DNA of 64,000 bases from Octopus vulgaris. Taxonomy: Eukaryota. The translations under genes and the position numbers were made by a program. Below the pieces are notes generated by a model. That model was not told the DNA's origin. It was given only the letters and a program-made list of their open reading frames with translations, and did not search any database. Shown here one piece after another: positions 13,145 through 28,269 of the stretch. The stretch spans positions 25,234,001-25,298,000 of the forward strand of contig OX597823.1 in the NCBI GenBank assembly GCA_951406725.2, written 5' to 3'. Numbering within the stretch: the stretch's first letter is position 1; the number at the start of each line of letters is the position of its first letter.

Positions 13145-14700
13145 ATGCAGAGTCTGCTTCAGTACAGAGCAAGATAGGGCCACTGTTCGAAGAAAATGGC
13201 TCGCTGACTGCAGATCCCCAGAAGATCAGTGAAATACTGAATGTGCAATACAATACTTGCAAGTAACTATGCCTGATGAGTTCTTTGGCCTAATATGCCC
13301 ATAAGGAAGGTAGCAGAGCAGATGTTAAAAATTAGACCTGTCTCTCAGCAAAGTCATGGAGCGCATTGTCCAAAATAAACTAATTGCGTTCCTTGAAGAT
13401 AATAACTTGTTTCCTGACACCCTGCATGGTTTTCGGTCAGGAAGAAGCTGCCTTACACAGCTTTTGCAGCATTATGACTGGTTGTTGAAACAACGAATCG
13501 CTCAAACGGATGTGATATACCTCGACTTTGCAAAGGCTTTTGATGAGGTTGATCATAGGATGATATGTTACAAACTACGGAAACTCGGTATAACCGGGAA
13601 ACTTTGAGAGTGGTTGCATGTTTTAAAAGACAGAAGCCAGGCTGTGGCTACCAATGGAGCTGTTACCAAGGAGATAGTAACAGAGAGTGGAGTGCCTCAG
13701 TGGACAGACAGCCACACTTACTAGTAAAGCCAACAACAATTATGTAGTGCAAGTAGTCAAGGAACCTTCTGATGCTAAGCTTCTACAGAAAAACCTAGAT
13801 GCCATACATAAATGGGCTGAGGGAAGCAACATGCAATTTAATGCAGGCAAATTCCAAGCCCTCTGCTACCAGTTAATTGGTGTTCAGAAGCCGCACAACG
13901 ATACTTTGGACCAAAAGGAGCGGCATTCCCAGAATCACATACGGTGCGTGATCTCGAGTTTGATGTGAGTAACGATGCCTCGTTTAACATGCATATCACC
14001 AAGGTGTTGGCAGTATGCAGGCGAATAGCTGGATAGATTCTGAGAACCTTCAGAACAAGAGACTAGGAAACTATGCTGAGGTTATTTGTCCTCAGCCGTC
14101 TAGACTACTGCTCTCAACTGTGGTCACAGTGTCAAATTCATAGCGGAACTTGAGGCTGATCAGCGATGTTACATAAGGAAGATTGCATCAATTGAGCAGC
14201 TGGGCTACTGGGAGAGACTGAAATAGCTACCACACTACTCCCTGGAATGAAGACGGGAGAGTTATGCAATGAAATATATATATATAGAAGACATTGGAAG
14301 GGGCTGGCTCTAAACTTCGGAATTGAGTGCTATACCAGACCCCCAACTGGACGTCACTGCACTTTTCCAAAGGTCCTAGTTTTCCCATTTAGAGAGAGAA
14401 CCATGTACTGCAATAGTTTGAGATTCAAGGACCTACAGCTATTTAACGCCTTGCCAAAATATCTGAAGGATCTTCAAGGAGTAAGGTTAGATGATTTCAA
14501 GAAACAACTAGACCTCTTGCTATCCAGATGAATCCCAGATGAATCAATATCAATATCAAGGCAGGAGACTCAAATGAGGACAGCAGTGTCGAATTCCCTC
14601 CTTCACCAAAAGCCAAGCACATAAAATTGGTCATTAAAAAAGTGATTGCACTGGTGGTGCTCCAGCATGGCCACAGCCTTAGAGCTGAAATGCACAATAC
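13145..14700 (+). mobile_element. Decayed CR1/L2-group LINE (RT fragment)
   Basis: HGFRSGRSCLTQLL, DVIYLDFAKAFDEVDH, SGVPQ, WAEGSNMQFNAGKF; multiple stops and frameshifts. Confidence 0.85.
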
Positions 14701-14701
14701 A

Positions 14702-14744
<43 letters not shown>

Positions 14745-14859
14745 ATTTATATCTACTCCTCTTCTTAGGTGGGGGTATAAAGGGTTACTAGATAACTGTG
14801 TGACAATAGTAGTGAAGATAGCTAGCATAGCCATCTATTGTTCAAATACACTTTCTAAC

Positions 14860-15003
14860 CTGGTTCTTCACTCCTGTTACGTATCCATGTTGTCTCCAGT
14901 CTACCATACGAGGTAAGTATACAAGCTTGTCGCTGACAAATGTCTCGGTAATACTGTTCTGTGGAAGAAAGCCGTTCATCATTTCTACAAACTCTCTGTT
15001 ACT
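14860..15003 (-). CDS. Cathepsin L-like gene A, exon 3 (propeptide end, mature N-terminus, oxyanion Gln)
   Basis: SNREFVEMMNGFLPQNSITETFVSDKLVYLPRMVDWRQHGYVTGVKNQ; ctacag acceptor, GTTAG donor; 144 nt. Confidence 0.95.
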
Positions 15004-16136
15004 CTGTAGATTAAAGAAAAGAAACAAGAAGATGAATACATTAAAATGTAGAAGAGCAATTTAAAATATATCTTATAAAGTCGTTTGTTAATGTGTAAGA
15101 GTGCCTGTACAAAAGCGCAAAATGGTGACACACGAAAAATGAAATGGGATTGGGCTAGCTTGTGCAATTCCTGTTCGAGCAGAATTATATGACATACTAT
15201 AAAGCATATCTTAAGACAAGTGACGTATTTGATTATCTGCAAAATGATGAAAATTGCATACTGAAATTGATGTTTGCTATAGTTCTTGTGTCTGAGTGGC
15301 ATCGTAGTATTTGTAATCCTGCTCAGAACAAGTATGGCAAGTACCATAATTCGAAAACCACATTTTCGTTTACTCTTGCATCGATATTCACACTCTCACC
15401 TGTTTGTGTGTATAATTTAAATCAATATTTGATATTTGTTTCAAATTTAGGCTAAAGGTCAGTAATTTTGGAGAAGGGGTTAATTGGTTACATTGATCTA
15501 AGTATTTGATTGGTACTTTATGTTACTGATTACGAAAAGATGAAAGGCAAAGTTGACGCTGGCGGGATTTGAACTCAGAACCAGAAGCATTTTCCGATGC
15601 TCTAACGATTCTGCTGAGTAGCTATCTCTTTCTCTATATTTCTCAATGATTGTCTGTCTGTCTACCTGTCTGTGTCATTATTTCTGCCTTTCTCCCATCT
15701 TTATCGAGCTCTCTAATTTACTTTCTCTTAATTTGTCTGTATCTATATGTTTCTGTCCCTCAGTTTCACTCCGTTTATCTGTTATCATCTATTTTTTTCA
15801 CATTCTCTATATCTATCCATCAGACCGTCCTTATATAGACATATGTCTATCTCTGACAATCAATGCATTATTTTCTATCCCTCTTTCTCTCTCTCACCCT
15901 CATTCTCTCTCATTCATACTATTTCTCTACTTCTCTGTCTCTTTCTATATGCATCTCTCTCTCTATCTCTGTTTTACTCCGCCTGTCTGTTATTCTATCT
16001 TTCTCTCACTCTCGCTCTGTCTCTTTCACTCTGTCTCTACCTCTCTGTTTCAGTTTCTTATCTTATGTTTATAACTCCCATCTCTCTCTTCCTCCCCCAT
16101 CTCTCTCAACGAGCAATATAAAACACAACATCTCAC

Positions 16137-16242
16137 CAGATCTGCATATTCGTTCATATCCATCCAAAAGGTGTGAATACCCATGTCAGCTTCTAAATTG
16201 TGTTGATTGATATAATTACCATTCTCCTTCCATATAGCACGT
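16137..16242 (-). CDS. Cathepsin L-like gene A, exon 2 (ERFNIN/GNFD-type propeptide)
   Basis: RAIWKENGNYINQHNLEADMGIHTFWMDMNEYADL; ttttag acceptor, GTGAGA donor; 106 nt keeps frame with exon 1. Confidence 0.92.
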
Positions 16243-16697
16243 CTAAAACAAATAAAACATCAATATTACATAATTTTGTATCAATAGATTAACCATATAT
16301 ATACAACGCATTGTATTCACTAGGCAAACCAGGAAAATCAGGCAAATCCACCATCTCTTTTATGAACAACACCAAATAATATATTTATAATTAATCAGCC
16401 CAAACAGCACCCACAGAAAACGAAAATACCACACTTCTACAATTTTCAGGAAGTACATATTATACATAGCAAAGATAGTAAAACAACGAACAAATTAGGA
16501 ATTAACTTGCACAACATTTGGTCAACATAAAGAAACAGCACTAGGTTATAAGTATTACATTCAACTCCATCTTTGTGCTAGATCTGGCTGAGAGCCCACT
16601 TGATCTACAACGAATCACACATAGCACGAAGTTTATAAAACATCCCAGTTCGTTTCCTCAGAGATAGCACAGAGACCATATTGAAAAATTACTTATA

Positions 16698-17180
<483 letters not shown>

Positions 17181-18755
17181 ATGTAAAAGAATTGATTTGA
17201 AAATGTGCACGCCGATTCACGGCGTCTTGTCTTATGCAATACAGAATTCAAGTCCGAACCAAGTGCATTTCTCTGTAGATCGTGTTAATCGTGCTGTAGA
17301 TCGTTTTAATCAATATCATTTTAAATCATTTTTAGCCCCAGGTCAACCGTGATCAAGTATGGTAAAGGCATTCCAACTTGAGACGTGTCTTTTCAATAGA
17401 ATTTACTATTGCATTTCTAACGAGTCTTTGCTTTTTTTAATACGTAGAGTGTAATTTAAGGAAAATCTGACTACTAGTTCCAGAAGGCGAAGCCATCAAG
17501 TAGTGCCCCTTTGTTGATTGTCCTGTATGTCAAGAAGAATATCAATATGTCACTCTGTCGAAGTGTAGTCGTTGTAGTCCCTAATTATAATTAGGGAGGG
17601 ACTACAACGTCATGGTGGTCTACATCTATTGCATGTAGGTAATTTAGTTAATATAGGAAAAGTAATATAGCAATAGGTAACGTTTTAATATTCAATAAAG
17701 CTAAGTTAGACAACGATGTAGACCGTGACCATTTTGCAGGGCCTTTGAGACCAGTAGCGAAGAGCTAGGAAGAGTTATCCTCTGATCAGAGATCTGCTTT
17801 GAATAGAAAAGGACGATTGGGTGCAACTGTTTTTGTCCCGGTCATTTACTACAAACAGTTTTGATATCAATTTATTTGGTGACAGACGTTTTAGTACCAG
17901 GAAAGAATACCCTGGAGTAATTAGTCTTTATTCACAGATATAGCTGCCAGGAGGTATTCAATAATAATTTATCTTTCTACACACACACACACATCGCACA
18001 TAGATGGTGATCTGAAGAGTGCAACCTCTAGTTATGCAGCAGAAACCTCATGAAAATGTGTATTTAGCTCCCTTAGTATTTCTGTTGCTTTAGTATGCAG
18101 CCTTGATATGGTATAATTCTTGCTTCTCTTCACATCATTTATATTCACTATCAGCTTTGCCTGCTCTTCGAAGATGATGAGAAATCCATTACTCACAAGT
18201 TTTTCATTAATACATTTCGGTAATACTTCATCAGCTTTCATATGAATAAATGAATGGTATTTAATTAAAAATATACAAAAGGATGCCAGCAGAACAACGT
18301 TTTTTGCAGTGCACATGCATGCGTTACAATAAGATATCACATTTTGGGAAGAGCAGTAGCATGATTTGTAGCCTAAGTAAAGAGCTGAACTAGGTGTAGA
18401 AGTCGAGTAGTTTGGTAGTTTCAGCCCTTTAAAGGGTTATTCATAAAAATATGCTTAAAGTTTACTTTGATGTCACCAAATGGGTTTTATTGGCATGCAA
18501 AACAGCAATGCCAACACGTACTTGACACTGTTCTGAATACTGTAACAAAGCAGTAACCACTAAAAACACTGGAAGGGAAGTGGTATTGCTAAACTAAGTC
18601 ACACCAAAATTGTTATATGATTACGGAAATGGAGGAATACGTGAGGCGCTAAAGGCGCTAATATTTGGAAGTAAATAGATATTAACTGGAATATATATAT
18701 ATATATACATAAGATCACGGTGTTATGGGTGACAGGTTAAGTATTTTCAATACAG

Positions 18756-18827
<72 letters not shown>

Positions 18828-19548
18828 TATGTATGTATGTGTGTATATATATATATATATATGTATGTAAGTCTGCACATGCATATACAGATATATAATA
18901 TATATACATATAAACACACACGCACACAACATACACTCACAGACACACAGACACAGACACACACAGACACACACACACGCATACACCCATACACACACAC
19001 AGATATAAAACATAAGATTTCATATTTCTGGAGTTAATTCTCGTCATTAACGTGAAAACGAAGTGTAATACTATAACATACTAGACAATAGTAAAATAAA
19101 ACTAACTGGTGTGGACTAAGTAAAGTATGAATTATCTGTGATATTTAGAGAGGTAGACATTTATAACCCAGCAGGTGATTTGATCCCTAATCCATAACGC
19201 AGTTTATTCAGATTGCAATAGATACGAAACCTGAGTACTGTCCGAAGGTCTGCTGATTTTATGTTATTAGCATACAGTTATATCACGTTCACATACAGAT
19301 ACATGCACACATACATGTACAAATACGGGCACACACACATACACACACACAAACACACATAGATACGTGCACACAAAAACGTATGTATGTTGTATATAAA
19401 TATATCTATGCATTAGTACACATACATGCAATGTATGTATGTTATATATAACATATCAATGCATTTACATACACACACACGCGCGCACATCCACCTCATA
19501 CAGACGCGCACTCACCCCATATATTAACACATCTATAAATAATTTTAC

Positions 19549-19685
19549 CTGAAATTTTCTGTTTCTGCGTTTCTGTATTCCTTTCTGAAAGTGGATTTGT
19601 ACAGTTCCCAATTTTCATCGTTCGGAATCAACTTTGCCGAAACGAGAGTAAAACCAATTATAAATGTAAGTAAAGGCAACATCAT
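19549..19685 (-). CDS. Cathepsin L-like gene A, coding exon 1 (signal peptide + start of I29 propeptide)
   Basis: Reverse complement translates MMLPLLTFIIGFTLVSAKLIPNDENWELYKSTFRKEYRNAETENF-R; hydrophobic leader, W..YK..F.K.Y propeptide motif; GT donor at 19548-19547; 137 nt (phase 2). Confidence 0.9.
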
Positions 19686-19738
19686 ATTGAATAGTGATAT
19701 GGAAACATACAACGTATACAAGTATAGTGAAATATTCT

Positions 19739-19815
<77 letters not shown>

Positions 19816-20279
19816 ATACACGTATATTAATACAATCAGAAGAAGTTTGAAAAATCGCAACCGCTTTTCGTCGCGGAGCACCAATGTATGAATAAACTGT
19901 AATTGTTTTTAAAGAAATGATTATAAGAAAATGATGTATGGAAAGAGGTATAAATTTATAGAGTAGGAGAAAGAAGGACAGACAAACAGGACGAGAGAGC
20001 CTCATCCCATTCTTAAATGAGGAAATCTATTACTTTACAAGTGGAAAACAAACACCGCCAAAAGAGCAATTAATTCATAAAGCGATGCAAGAGATTTAGA
20101 AAATAACAAGTGAGTTAAGAGTGTTTCAGTCATCAGGAAATGGGGATTATTACAAGATGGGCTGAGAGAAGAATGATAAAAAAGCGGATGAATTACAGCT
20201 GATTATGCTGGGGACCAATAAATAAATATATAGATAAATGAATAAATAGATAAATAAATTTAGGTCCCAAGAATAAAAT

Positions 20280-22330
20280 ACCTGATTCTCGTAGTATTTT
20301 GAGGGAATTTTTTTTGCCTGAATTCACACAAATTTACATTACTCATTCAGGTTAGATTTTTGTGTAGTAAGCAATTTCCTTCTTAAAGACCGACATAATA
20401 ATACATTTATTAAAATATAAAAGACATAACTATATTTTAAAAAGTAGTTTAGTTTAGTTTCTTCTTTGCGTAATATAAGACTTGTCTTTCTTGAGAATTC
20501 TGTCAGCAAGCATACTGGGACTCCAGCTGCCTAGGTAACACTTTTCTATAGTAGGAATGTTCTGATGAATACGATCGTTTATCATCCCCAGATTTTCCGG
20601 AAAAAAGTTCCAGTGGGAGTTCAAGAAATGAATCTTTAATAATATATAACGCATCGTTAGGTAAGATTTACGAAGATGGTCATCTACTAGAACAGGATAG
20701 TTTTCATTTTGCCATTTACCCCGAAAATTAACATATCTATGTCTTTGAAACTTGTCGTGCAGTATTCTCAACATAATTCATATAGCTTTCAAACGTCAAG
20801 AATCTTAATTTTCTTATATGAGGGCCAACAAAAACTCCTTTTTCATCATGGCATCACTCACCCAGGGAAACTTATTTTGCAAGTATTTGAACCTAATTTG
20901 CGCTTTATCCATAACCATTACAAAATTTTTCAAGTTCAAGCTTGATATGCAACTGAATCTTCCAAAATATTTTTCTTGCCTGAAACAAGTGAGATAAGTT
21001 TTGGTCAATTATTCTGAACGTAGAGTTTTCTTTGTTTTATTTACATAAAAAGAAAAACAATTGTACTTGGGGTAACCAAGATGCAACCCAAATTAAATTA
21101 CAATGGACTTTAGATCTCAACAGATATTCTATTCATATTTCTGCTATTGACTCTTTTCCACAAGTAGCATCATTTTGTCACGAGCTCTTTGTGAGATCTG
21201 CAATATACGATATAGACACAGAAGAGAATCTATTTTCATTATGAAGGACCTCTTTGAAACTAACTCTAAGAAATTAAAGAAGAGTAACCACTTATCAACG
21301 TTATGTTAATGACCAAGAAGCTCACATCTGAATTATTAGTACACAAAATATATATCCATCTTCAGAACAGAATCATTCATTGAATTCTTCATTATAGTAT
21401 CTGTAGAAAGAACAAACTTTAGAGTCGTAGTTTGACTTCTATTTTGAACTTAAAATATCAGTCTGCCGTTTTAGATAAATTCAAATTAAGAACTTGGTCA
21501 TTCAGATTTTCTTGTGACAGAAAATGTGGCTGATTCGAGAAACAAGTAGCTTGCGAAGCTGGGTTAGAAAAGTCATGTTTTTATTTGTGCTTCCTCAGCA
21601 GTTAAAGTAATATGCTCAGAGGGATTTGGTACTAGAAGTTGAGCAGCATGTTGAACTGGGACTCACTGCAGAAGGCAGATTAGAGTAATTAATTAAGATT
21701 TTTATTTTTGAAGTGATCCCATTTGTATTCAAAAGACAGAAATAATCTCTTAATGCTCGAAATATCAAGTGGCAGGTGACATGAATGACGTATTCATCCC
21801 ATTAGTAGACTTACATATGTCACACAACAAATGAGGAGTTCAACTCTTCTCCTGATCAACCCATTTATAACATGTTTTTTTTTACTAATGGTATAAGATT
21901 GTTAGGCTATCACCTGTATAGCCAGGATAAAATAGATAATTCAGATAGTTCCGCAACCCTACAGAGCAGTTACAACGCTGAGGTAAAATCAACAAGAAGC
22001 AACGGACAACATCTAACAATATCGTGGGATTTGCAAATAAACTGACTTCGAGCTGTGTCATTCATACGAGTCAAGGCTCGTAGACTAAAGGCTCATATAT
22101 GAACAAATCTAAACTGTTAACTGCCCCCTGGATATAAAAAACGAATAGAGCATGTATATTAATATTAAAATCTATAATTATACTTATATTGACTAATATA
22201 TTATATCATTATGTTCTTATTTGGAGATTATGTTAGGTGAGAGAAAAATAGATACAGCATTATAAGTAAAATAAGCTTGGTAGGAGAAAATCAAATTTCA
22301 TATTTAGATTTAGCATAAAAATTATACACT
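20280..22330 (-). mobile_element. Decayed DNA transposon, Chapaev3-like transposase remnant
   Basis: LKIHFLNSHWNFFPENLG...RIHQNIPTIEKCYLGSWSPSMLAD and KNFVMVMDK..FKYLQNKFPWVSDAMMK resemble Chapaev3 transposase C-terminal motifs from memory; family name and boundaries approximate. Confidence 0.55.
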
Positions 22331-22566
22331 TAAAACATCAATAAAAAACGTGTTTCTGTGTATCAAATGTTCATCAGGGTCGGCTGAAAATACAAAAGGC
22401 AACTCGACTGTTCACCCCACTCAAATTTCAGGCCTTGTGCCTATAGTAGAAAGGATTATTATTATTTAATATCAAAGATTTCAATCCAGTATTTCTGACC
22501 AGCTGCTCAGTATAATTACCTCCATGAATAACCGTATCATAAATGCATGATAAAAATCTTTGAAAC

Positions 22567-22618
<52 letters not shown>

Positions 22619-23390
22619 CGACAATAGACGGTCATCAATTTGTAACGATAGTGTTGTATCGGAAAAATGAATGAGTGAAGAACAATATTAAGAGTATCGT
22701 TTATTGATATCATTACATTTGCCGTTACAATGTTGAAGATAACTTTCTATAGCTGTTTGTGTACACAAGTTATTTGTGGATTTCGAGTCCATTGTGTATG
22801 TCAGCTCCATCTCTGTGTGTTACTACCAAAGAATAAAAGATATGTAGGTAGATAGAAAGGGTGATAGATCTACTCCCGCGCATTAATCAGCATACTGAAA
22901 GAATTGCTCTTTATCCCCCCCCCCCCCAAAAAAAACGACAAAAAAAAAAAGAAAAACGGGTCGACACAAAGCGGAACAAAGCTTACTGGATCCTTGTATT
23001 TATATTCTTCATAACTAAATTAGGTCAAGCCGAAAACAAAGAACTTTTCTAGTCAGTCTTGACCAATGTATAACTGGAAAAGGTCCACAAAAAGCGAGAA
23101 TAGTTGACTGAAGACTTGTTTGAAATTGTGGATTCGATTTCGAATCCTAGCTTAAAACGTTGGTAGCTGTCGGCCACATATATTATTTAACAATATATGC
23201 ATATTGGAAGTTAACATGACGCTGCTACCAAGTTGCGATAAAAGATTACTTTATCAAGGCCGTATGTTTAAGAAGTTCACTTCATAACCATGTGGTTTCA
23301 GCTTCAGTCTAACTGTCCGGCACCTTATACTACAACACTGGGTTGTCCAAATCCCTATGAATATGATTGGAGAAAACTGGGAAGAAGCCC

Positions 23391-23425
<35 letters not shown>

Positions 23426-24319
23426 TAAATTGCAGTGTACAGTATTATATTTCCTTTTTCAGAACTGAAAAGATGGGGTACTATTATTTTAAGCCGTAAC
23501 CTACGATGCTTGAAACATTCACATTCGATGAAATTACCGTTTTTGACGCACTAGATAATTTCAGCACCATTGCATAAGCACTTCGATCCATACAAGTATA
23601 GAAAAGTAGATTTTAAAACGAGGACAACTTTGATAATGATGGTAATGCTGATGATTTTTATTATCGTCTTATTCATGGTGTACGATTTGTATATGAAATG
23701 TTTTACTCGAAACATGCATAAAAGTGTTCAAGACAAAGGAAATGTGTTAAATGTCCTCACAATATTGCATTTTTTTCTGGAACTTCTTTATATCTATTAG
23801 GAATTTGGGGGTATTATGATTCGACTAAGATGTAGCTATCTCACTCTTCTGCTGGTGGGTTGCTTAGATTCATTTTGCGTATTAAATTTTGAACTACGGA
23901 GTGTCGGCGTCCACCTAGCTGTATGTAGGTTCTACAAGGTGGTACAGTCTATCCAACCGTAAGTAGGTCCTGCAAGGTGGTGCAGCCTATCGAGCTGTAA
24001 GTTGTCGTAGAGAGTGTTACAGTACAGGGTGATGAAAAAGTGGTTCCTTCCTCGCACATGATGTCATTGTTTAACTCAAGGTCAGCGCTTATTGAGCATT
24101 AGTCTTTCAAGGATGTTTTTCCTGCTGCTGAAAACTTGCGTTTATTCAGAAGGAACACCAGCAGCTTTGATTTCGCCTGTCCATATCTCACAGTGGACAA
24201 ACAACAACAAAAACAACAATAACAGTAGTAGCAGTGGCAAGTGTAAATAAAAGAGTGAAAGAAAGGAGCAGATCTGCCATTTAAAAGTAACAGTGCCATT
24301 CTGAGACGACTCATGATGA

Positions 24320-24403
<84 letters not shown>

Positions 24404-24493
24404 ATACATGTACACATACATATACACCAGCTGAAAGATATCACTCATATCATCATCAGCTACTAAAAATGTCTACATAATACTACCTTCCCA

Positions 24494-25150
24494 CAAGGCG
24501 GCGAGCTGGCAGAAACGTTAGCACGCAGGGCGAAATGCGTAGCCGTATTTCGTTTGCTATTACGTTCTGAGTTCAAATTCCGCCGAGGTCGACTTTGCCT
24601 TTCATCCTTTCGGGATCGATAAATTAAGTACTAATTACGCACTGGGGATCGATATAATCGACTTAATCCGTTTGTCTATCCTTGTTTGTCATCTCTGTGC
24701 TTAGTCTCTTGTGGGTATTAAAGAAATAGGTATTTCAACTGCCGAAGGTGGTGAGCTGGCAGAAATGTTAGCACGCCGGGCGAAATGCGTAGCCGTATTT
24801 CGTCTGCCGCTACGTTCTGAGCTCAAATTCCGCCGAGGTCGACTTTGCCTTTCATCCTTTCGAGGTCGATTAAATAAGTACCAGTTACGCACTGGGGTCG
24901 ATATAATCGACTTAATCCGTTTGTCTGTCCTTGTTTGTCCTCTCTGTGTTTAGCCCCTTGTGGGTAGTAAAGAAATAGGTATTTAGTCTGCCGCTACGTT
25001 CTGAGCTCAAATTCCGCCGAGGTCGAATTTGCCTTTCATCCTTTCGAGATCGATAAATTAATTACTAGTTGGACATTGGGGGTAAATCTAATCGACTGCC
25101 TCACCTTCCCCTAAAATTTCTGGCCTTGTGCCTAGGGTAGAAAAGAATAT
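24494..25150 (+). mobile_element. Cluster of three tRNA-derived SINE units (Meta-domain-like body); related clusters at ~27205-27585 (-) and ~32490-32900 (-)
   Basis: ggcgagctggcagaaacgttagc (A-box-like), gagttcaaattcc (B-box), gactttgcctttcatcctttcggggtcgat body; fragments also at ~15470-15610 and ~10680-10800. Confidence 0.8.
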
Positions 25151-25154
25151 TAGA

Positions 25155-25520
25155 AATAAGAATACTGGTGGAATATACCAACAAAAACAGTATCTTGATT
25201 TATACACAACAGGCCGGATAAGGCTATATGGGACAGGGAGTTAAAGTCATGCATCGGTATAGAAATCAATTGGCCAGTGGATGTGGATGTTTCTTCAAAA
25301 ATTATGGAAAGGAGAGCATAAGTGGAGAACCGATGAGAAACCTACAACTCTTATATATTCAGGTTACAAAATTTAATATGTTCCTGTTATCATAGATGCA
25401 CTGGGCTACGTAACAACTGATTTGCACAGAAACCTATAAATGGTTTGGTTTTCAAAAAAGAACATAGATACAGTCGATCAGATGAAAGCAAACATTTGTA
25501 AAACATTTCATGAGATTTTA
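25155..25520 (+). mobile_element. R4/Dong-like endonuclease-domain remnant
   Basis: Fragments read KEYWWNIP..HNRPDKAIWDRELKSCIGIEINWPVDVDV..MRNLQLLY..VPVIIDALGYVTTDLH; similar to 11690-12004. Confidence 0.55.
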
Positions 25521-26010
25521 GTCCCTGATTTTAGTCCCTGATTCATGGGTCAGTATTTGCACGCAGCCACATATAGACATGGAATACATATACACACATA
25601 CATACATGTGTTTTATTGTGGCACGTATATCTACAAGTGTAAGGTTATCCACACGGCCCACACATGCATTCAACATGCATATATATAAATGGCAACGTCA
25701 ACCATTTCAAGTAATAACAGGAAAAATGCTTTTTAGTTTATTGGAGTTATCCCTCTTGGATTGGCTGCAAAACGGGTCACCACGACACGACAGAATATAG
25801 GGTGGTGTTGAGTCCGAGGTGAAGAAGGAGTTGGATAAAGGGCTGGAGTTGGGGAGTGGGAAATGTGGATAATGGGGGATAGTTAATTTTTAAATCATGT
25901 GTGATCACGTACATGTATATGTGCGTATGCGTACGTATGTATGTGTGTGTATGTATGTATGTATGTATGTATGTATGTATGTTTGTATGTATGTATGTTT
26001 GTATGTATGC

Positions 26011-26088
<78 letters not shown>

Positions 26089-27668
26089 ATGTATATGTCA
26101 CAATTGTGTCTGGCAAGTCTTATATGAATTTCTCAGATTTCAGTACAGGGAAAAAAAACCAACTGGTGTACTCCAATGTCTATATTCATGGTGCAGTCGG
26201 TCAGTATAGTAGGGAAAATTTTCGCTCATGAGTGCAGGAATAGAAAACCTCGCTTTTACAGTTTAGGCAGGTGTCTAGGTTGACAGAATTCTCAGAGCTT
26301 GCACTTCATACTACTGTTTAAGTAAGGTTTATTTGTCCAGTATTCTCCATTCGATAAGATGTGCGCAGCGTTTTCATTCAATGTCCAATGAAATGCTTAG
26401 AGGCATTTCGTCTGTTATTACGTCCTGAGTTTAAATTCTGCCGAGATCGACTTTATTAGCACTGTTATGGTCTTCTGTATTTTCGTTGTCTTTGGAATTG
26501 TTTCGGATTCTATATCTGCTAGCCAGCCTTTCTTATCATTTTGGCCTAGTCGCATAATCATTGCTCAAATGTTTCAAATATTTCTCGGTGCTGCCAGTCG
26601 CTGCAAATCCTTTTCCTCCCCTCGTATTGGTAATCCATTTCTATCTATTTTTTGCGTGCTAGCAGTCGCATATTGACAACTGCATTTATCCGGCTGCCGA
26701 GTGCGGTGCCTTCATCACTGATTCCAGTCCCATTTACGCTGTTATCTATGATACTTCTTTCTGACATTTCACTCACTTTCTGACATTTCAGTGGTGCCTT
26801 TTCATGAAACACCATCACTAGATGAATTATCAACCAAGGTTTGGAGAGACCCCCATCTACTCACTTTATGAAACAGTTATACTGCACCAGATTTTATACT
26901 GGTAGTACTGATACTGTATTGGCTCATTTTCAAAAATGTTTTTTTAGGTTGCTTGCTGTCAACTACTTACGAGTGCAACCTACTCGGATTATTTTTTGAC
27001 GTTTACTCCTCTAGAACTGCCGATTCCCGGCCAGATCTGGAAACGATAGTGGTTGAGAGATAATTCCACACTCCTCAAAACCGTGGAACTCCCGATGATA
27101 GCCCTACTACTGATGCAGTTTAACAGAAACAACAACAACTAGAATTTTGTCCGGCATGCTAACTCACTGCTTTGACAACAACAACAATAACAACAATAGC
27201 CCTTACTTAATTTAGCACATGGCCTGAAATTTGGTGGGAGAGGTCTAGTCGGTTACATCGACCCAAGTGCTTAACTGGTACTTATGCAATCGATCTCGAA
27301 AGGATGAAAAGCAAAGTCGACCTTGGCGGAATTTGAACCTAGAACATAAAGACGGAGGAAATACCTATTTCCTTATTACCCACAAGGGGCTAAACATAGA
27401 GGGGACAAACAAGGACAGACATAAGTATTAAGTCGATTACATCGACACCAGTGCATAACTGGTACTTAATTTATCGACCCCGAAAGGATGAAAGGCAAAG
27501 TCGACCTCGGCGGAATTTGAACCTAGAACATAAAGACGGAGGAAATACCGCTAAGCATAATGTTCGACGTGTTAACGATTCTGCATGTGCATAATACACA
27601 CAAACACATACACACATACATGCACGCTCACATACACGTAGGCAAACATACAAACACACGCACGCACG

Positions 27669-27703
<35 letters not shown>

Positions 27704-28157
27704 CCACTGAATCAGTAGATACTCTGTAATTTCCCAGGTCATCTACGTAACTGAATGAAGACTAAACAAGAACACCGAAGATAGTGAATGGATAGTTGTA
27801 TTTATGTGGTTGGATGCAGTCTGACATCACTCCTGTGAAGTATGAGCCATAAATTAGCAGAAAAATACTTAACCTTTGTGTGAAGAAAGAGTAGAAAACT
27901 TTCAGAGCATAGAGGTATTAAAACAAGAGGATAATGGCAGAGAGAAAGAAATAATTCATAACGTGGTTAGACTGTGGGATTTGGGGAGCAGGCACACGTA
28001 ATTAGTGAATAGTAGGGCTGAATGAAGCGAGTAATTGAAGGGACAAAGAAGGTTGTCAGAATTTACAAGGTGATATATATCACATGTTAACTATCACACG
28101 CACACACTCGCGCGCGAACACAGACATATGCACTCATACACATACATATACACAAAA

Positions 28158-28247
<90 letters not shown>

Positions 28248-28269
28248 CGTGGTTCAACTGTTAAGGATG

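Noticed and set aside
18005-18060. CTGAAGA-gtgca...tgcagca-GAAA
   Set aside because: No stem III/UH or stem I complement follows.
19945-19965. TATAAAT on the minus strand ~275 nt upstream of the gene A ATG
   Set aside because: Plausible TATA box, but such motifs are common in AT-rich DNA and a non-coding first exon cannot be excluded.
24497-24590. tRNA-like A/B boxes here and at 29207, 9800-9875 and 16700
   Set aside because: SINE heads continuing into SINE bodies; no complete cloverleaf.
26460-27100. Possible R4/Dong-like 3' remnant on the minus strand
   Set aside because: Similarity too degraded to support boundaries or family.
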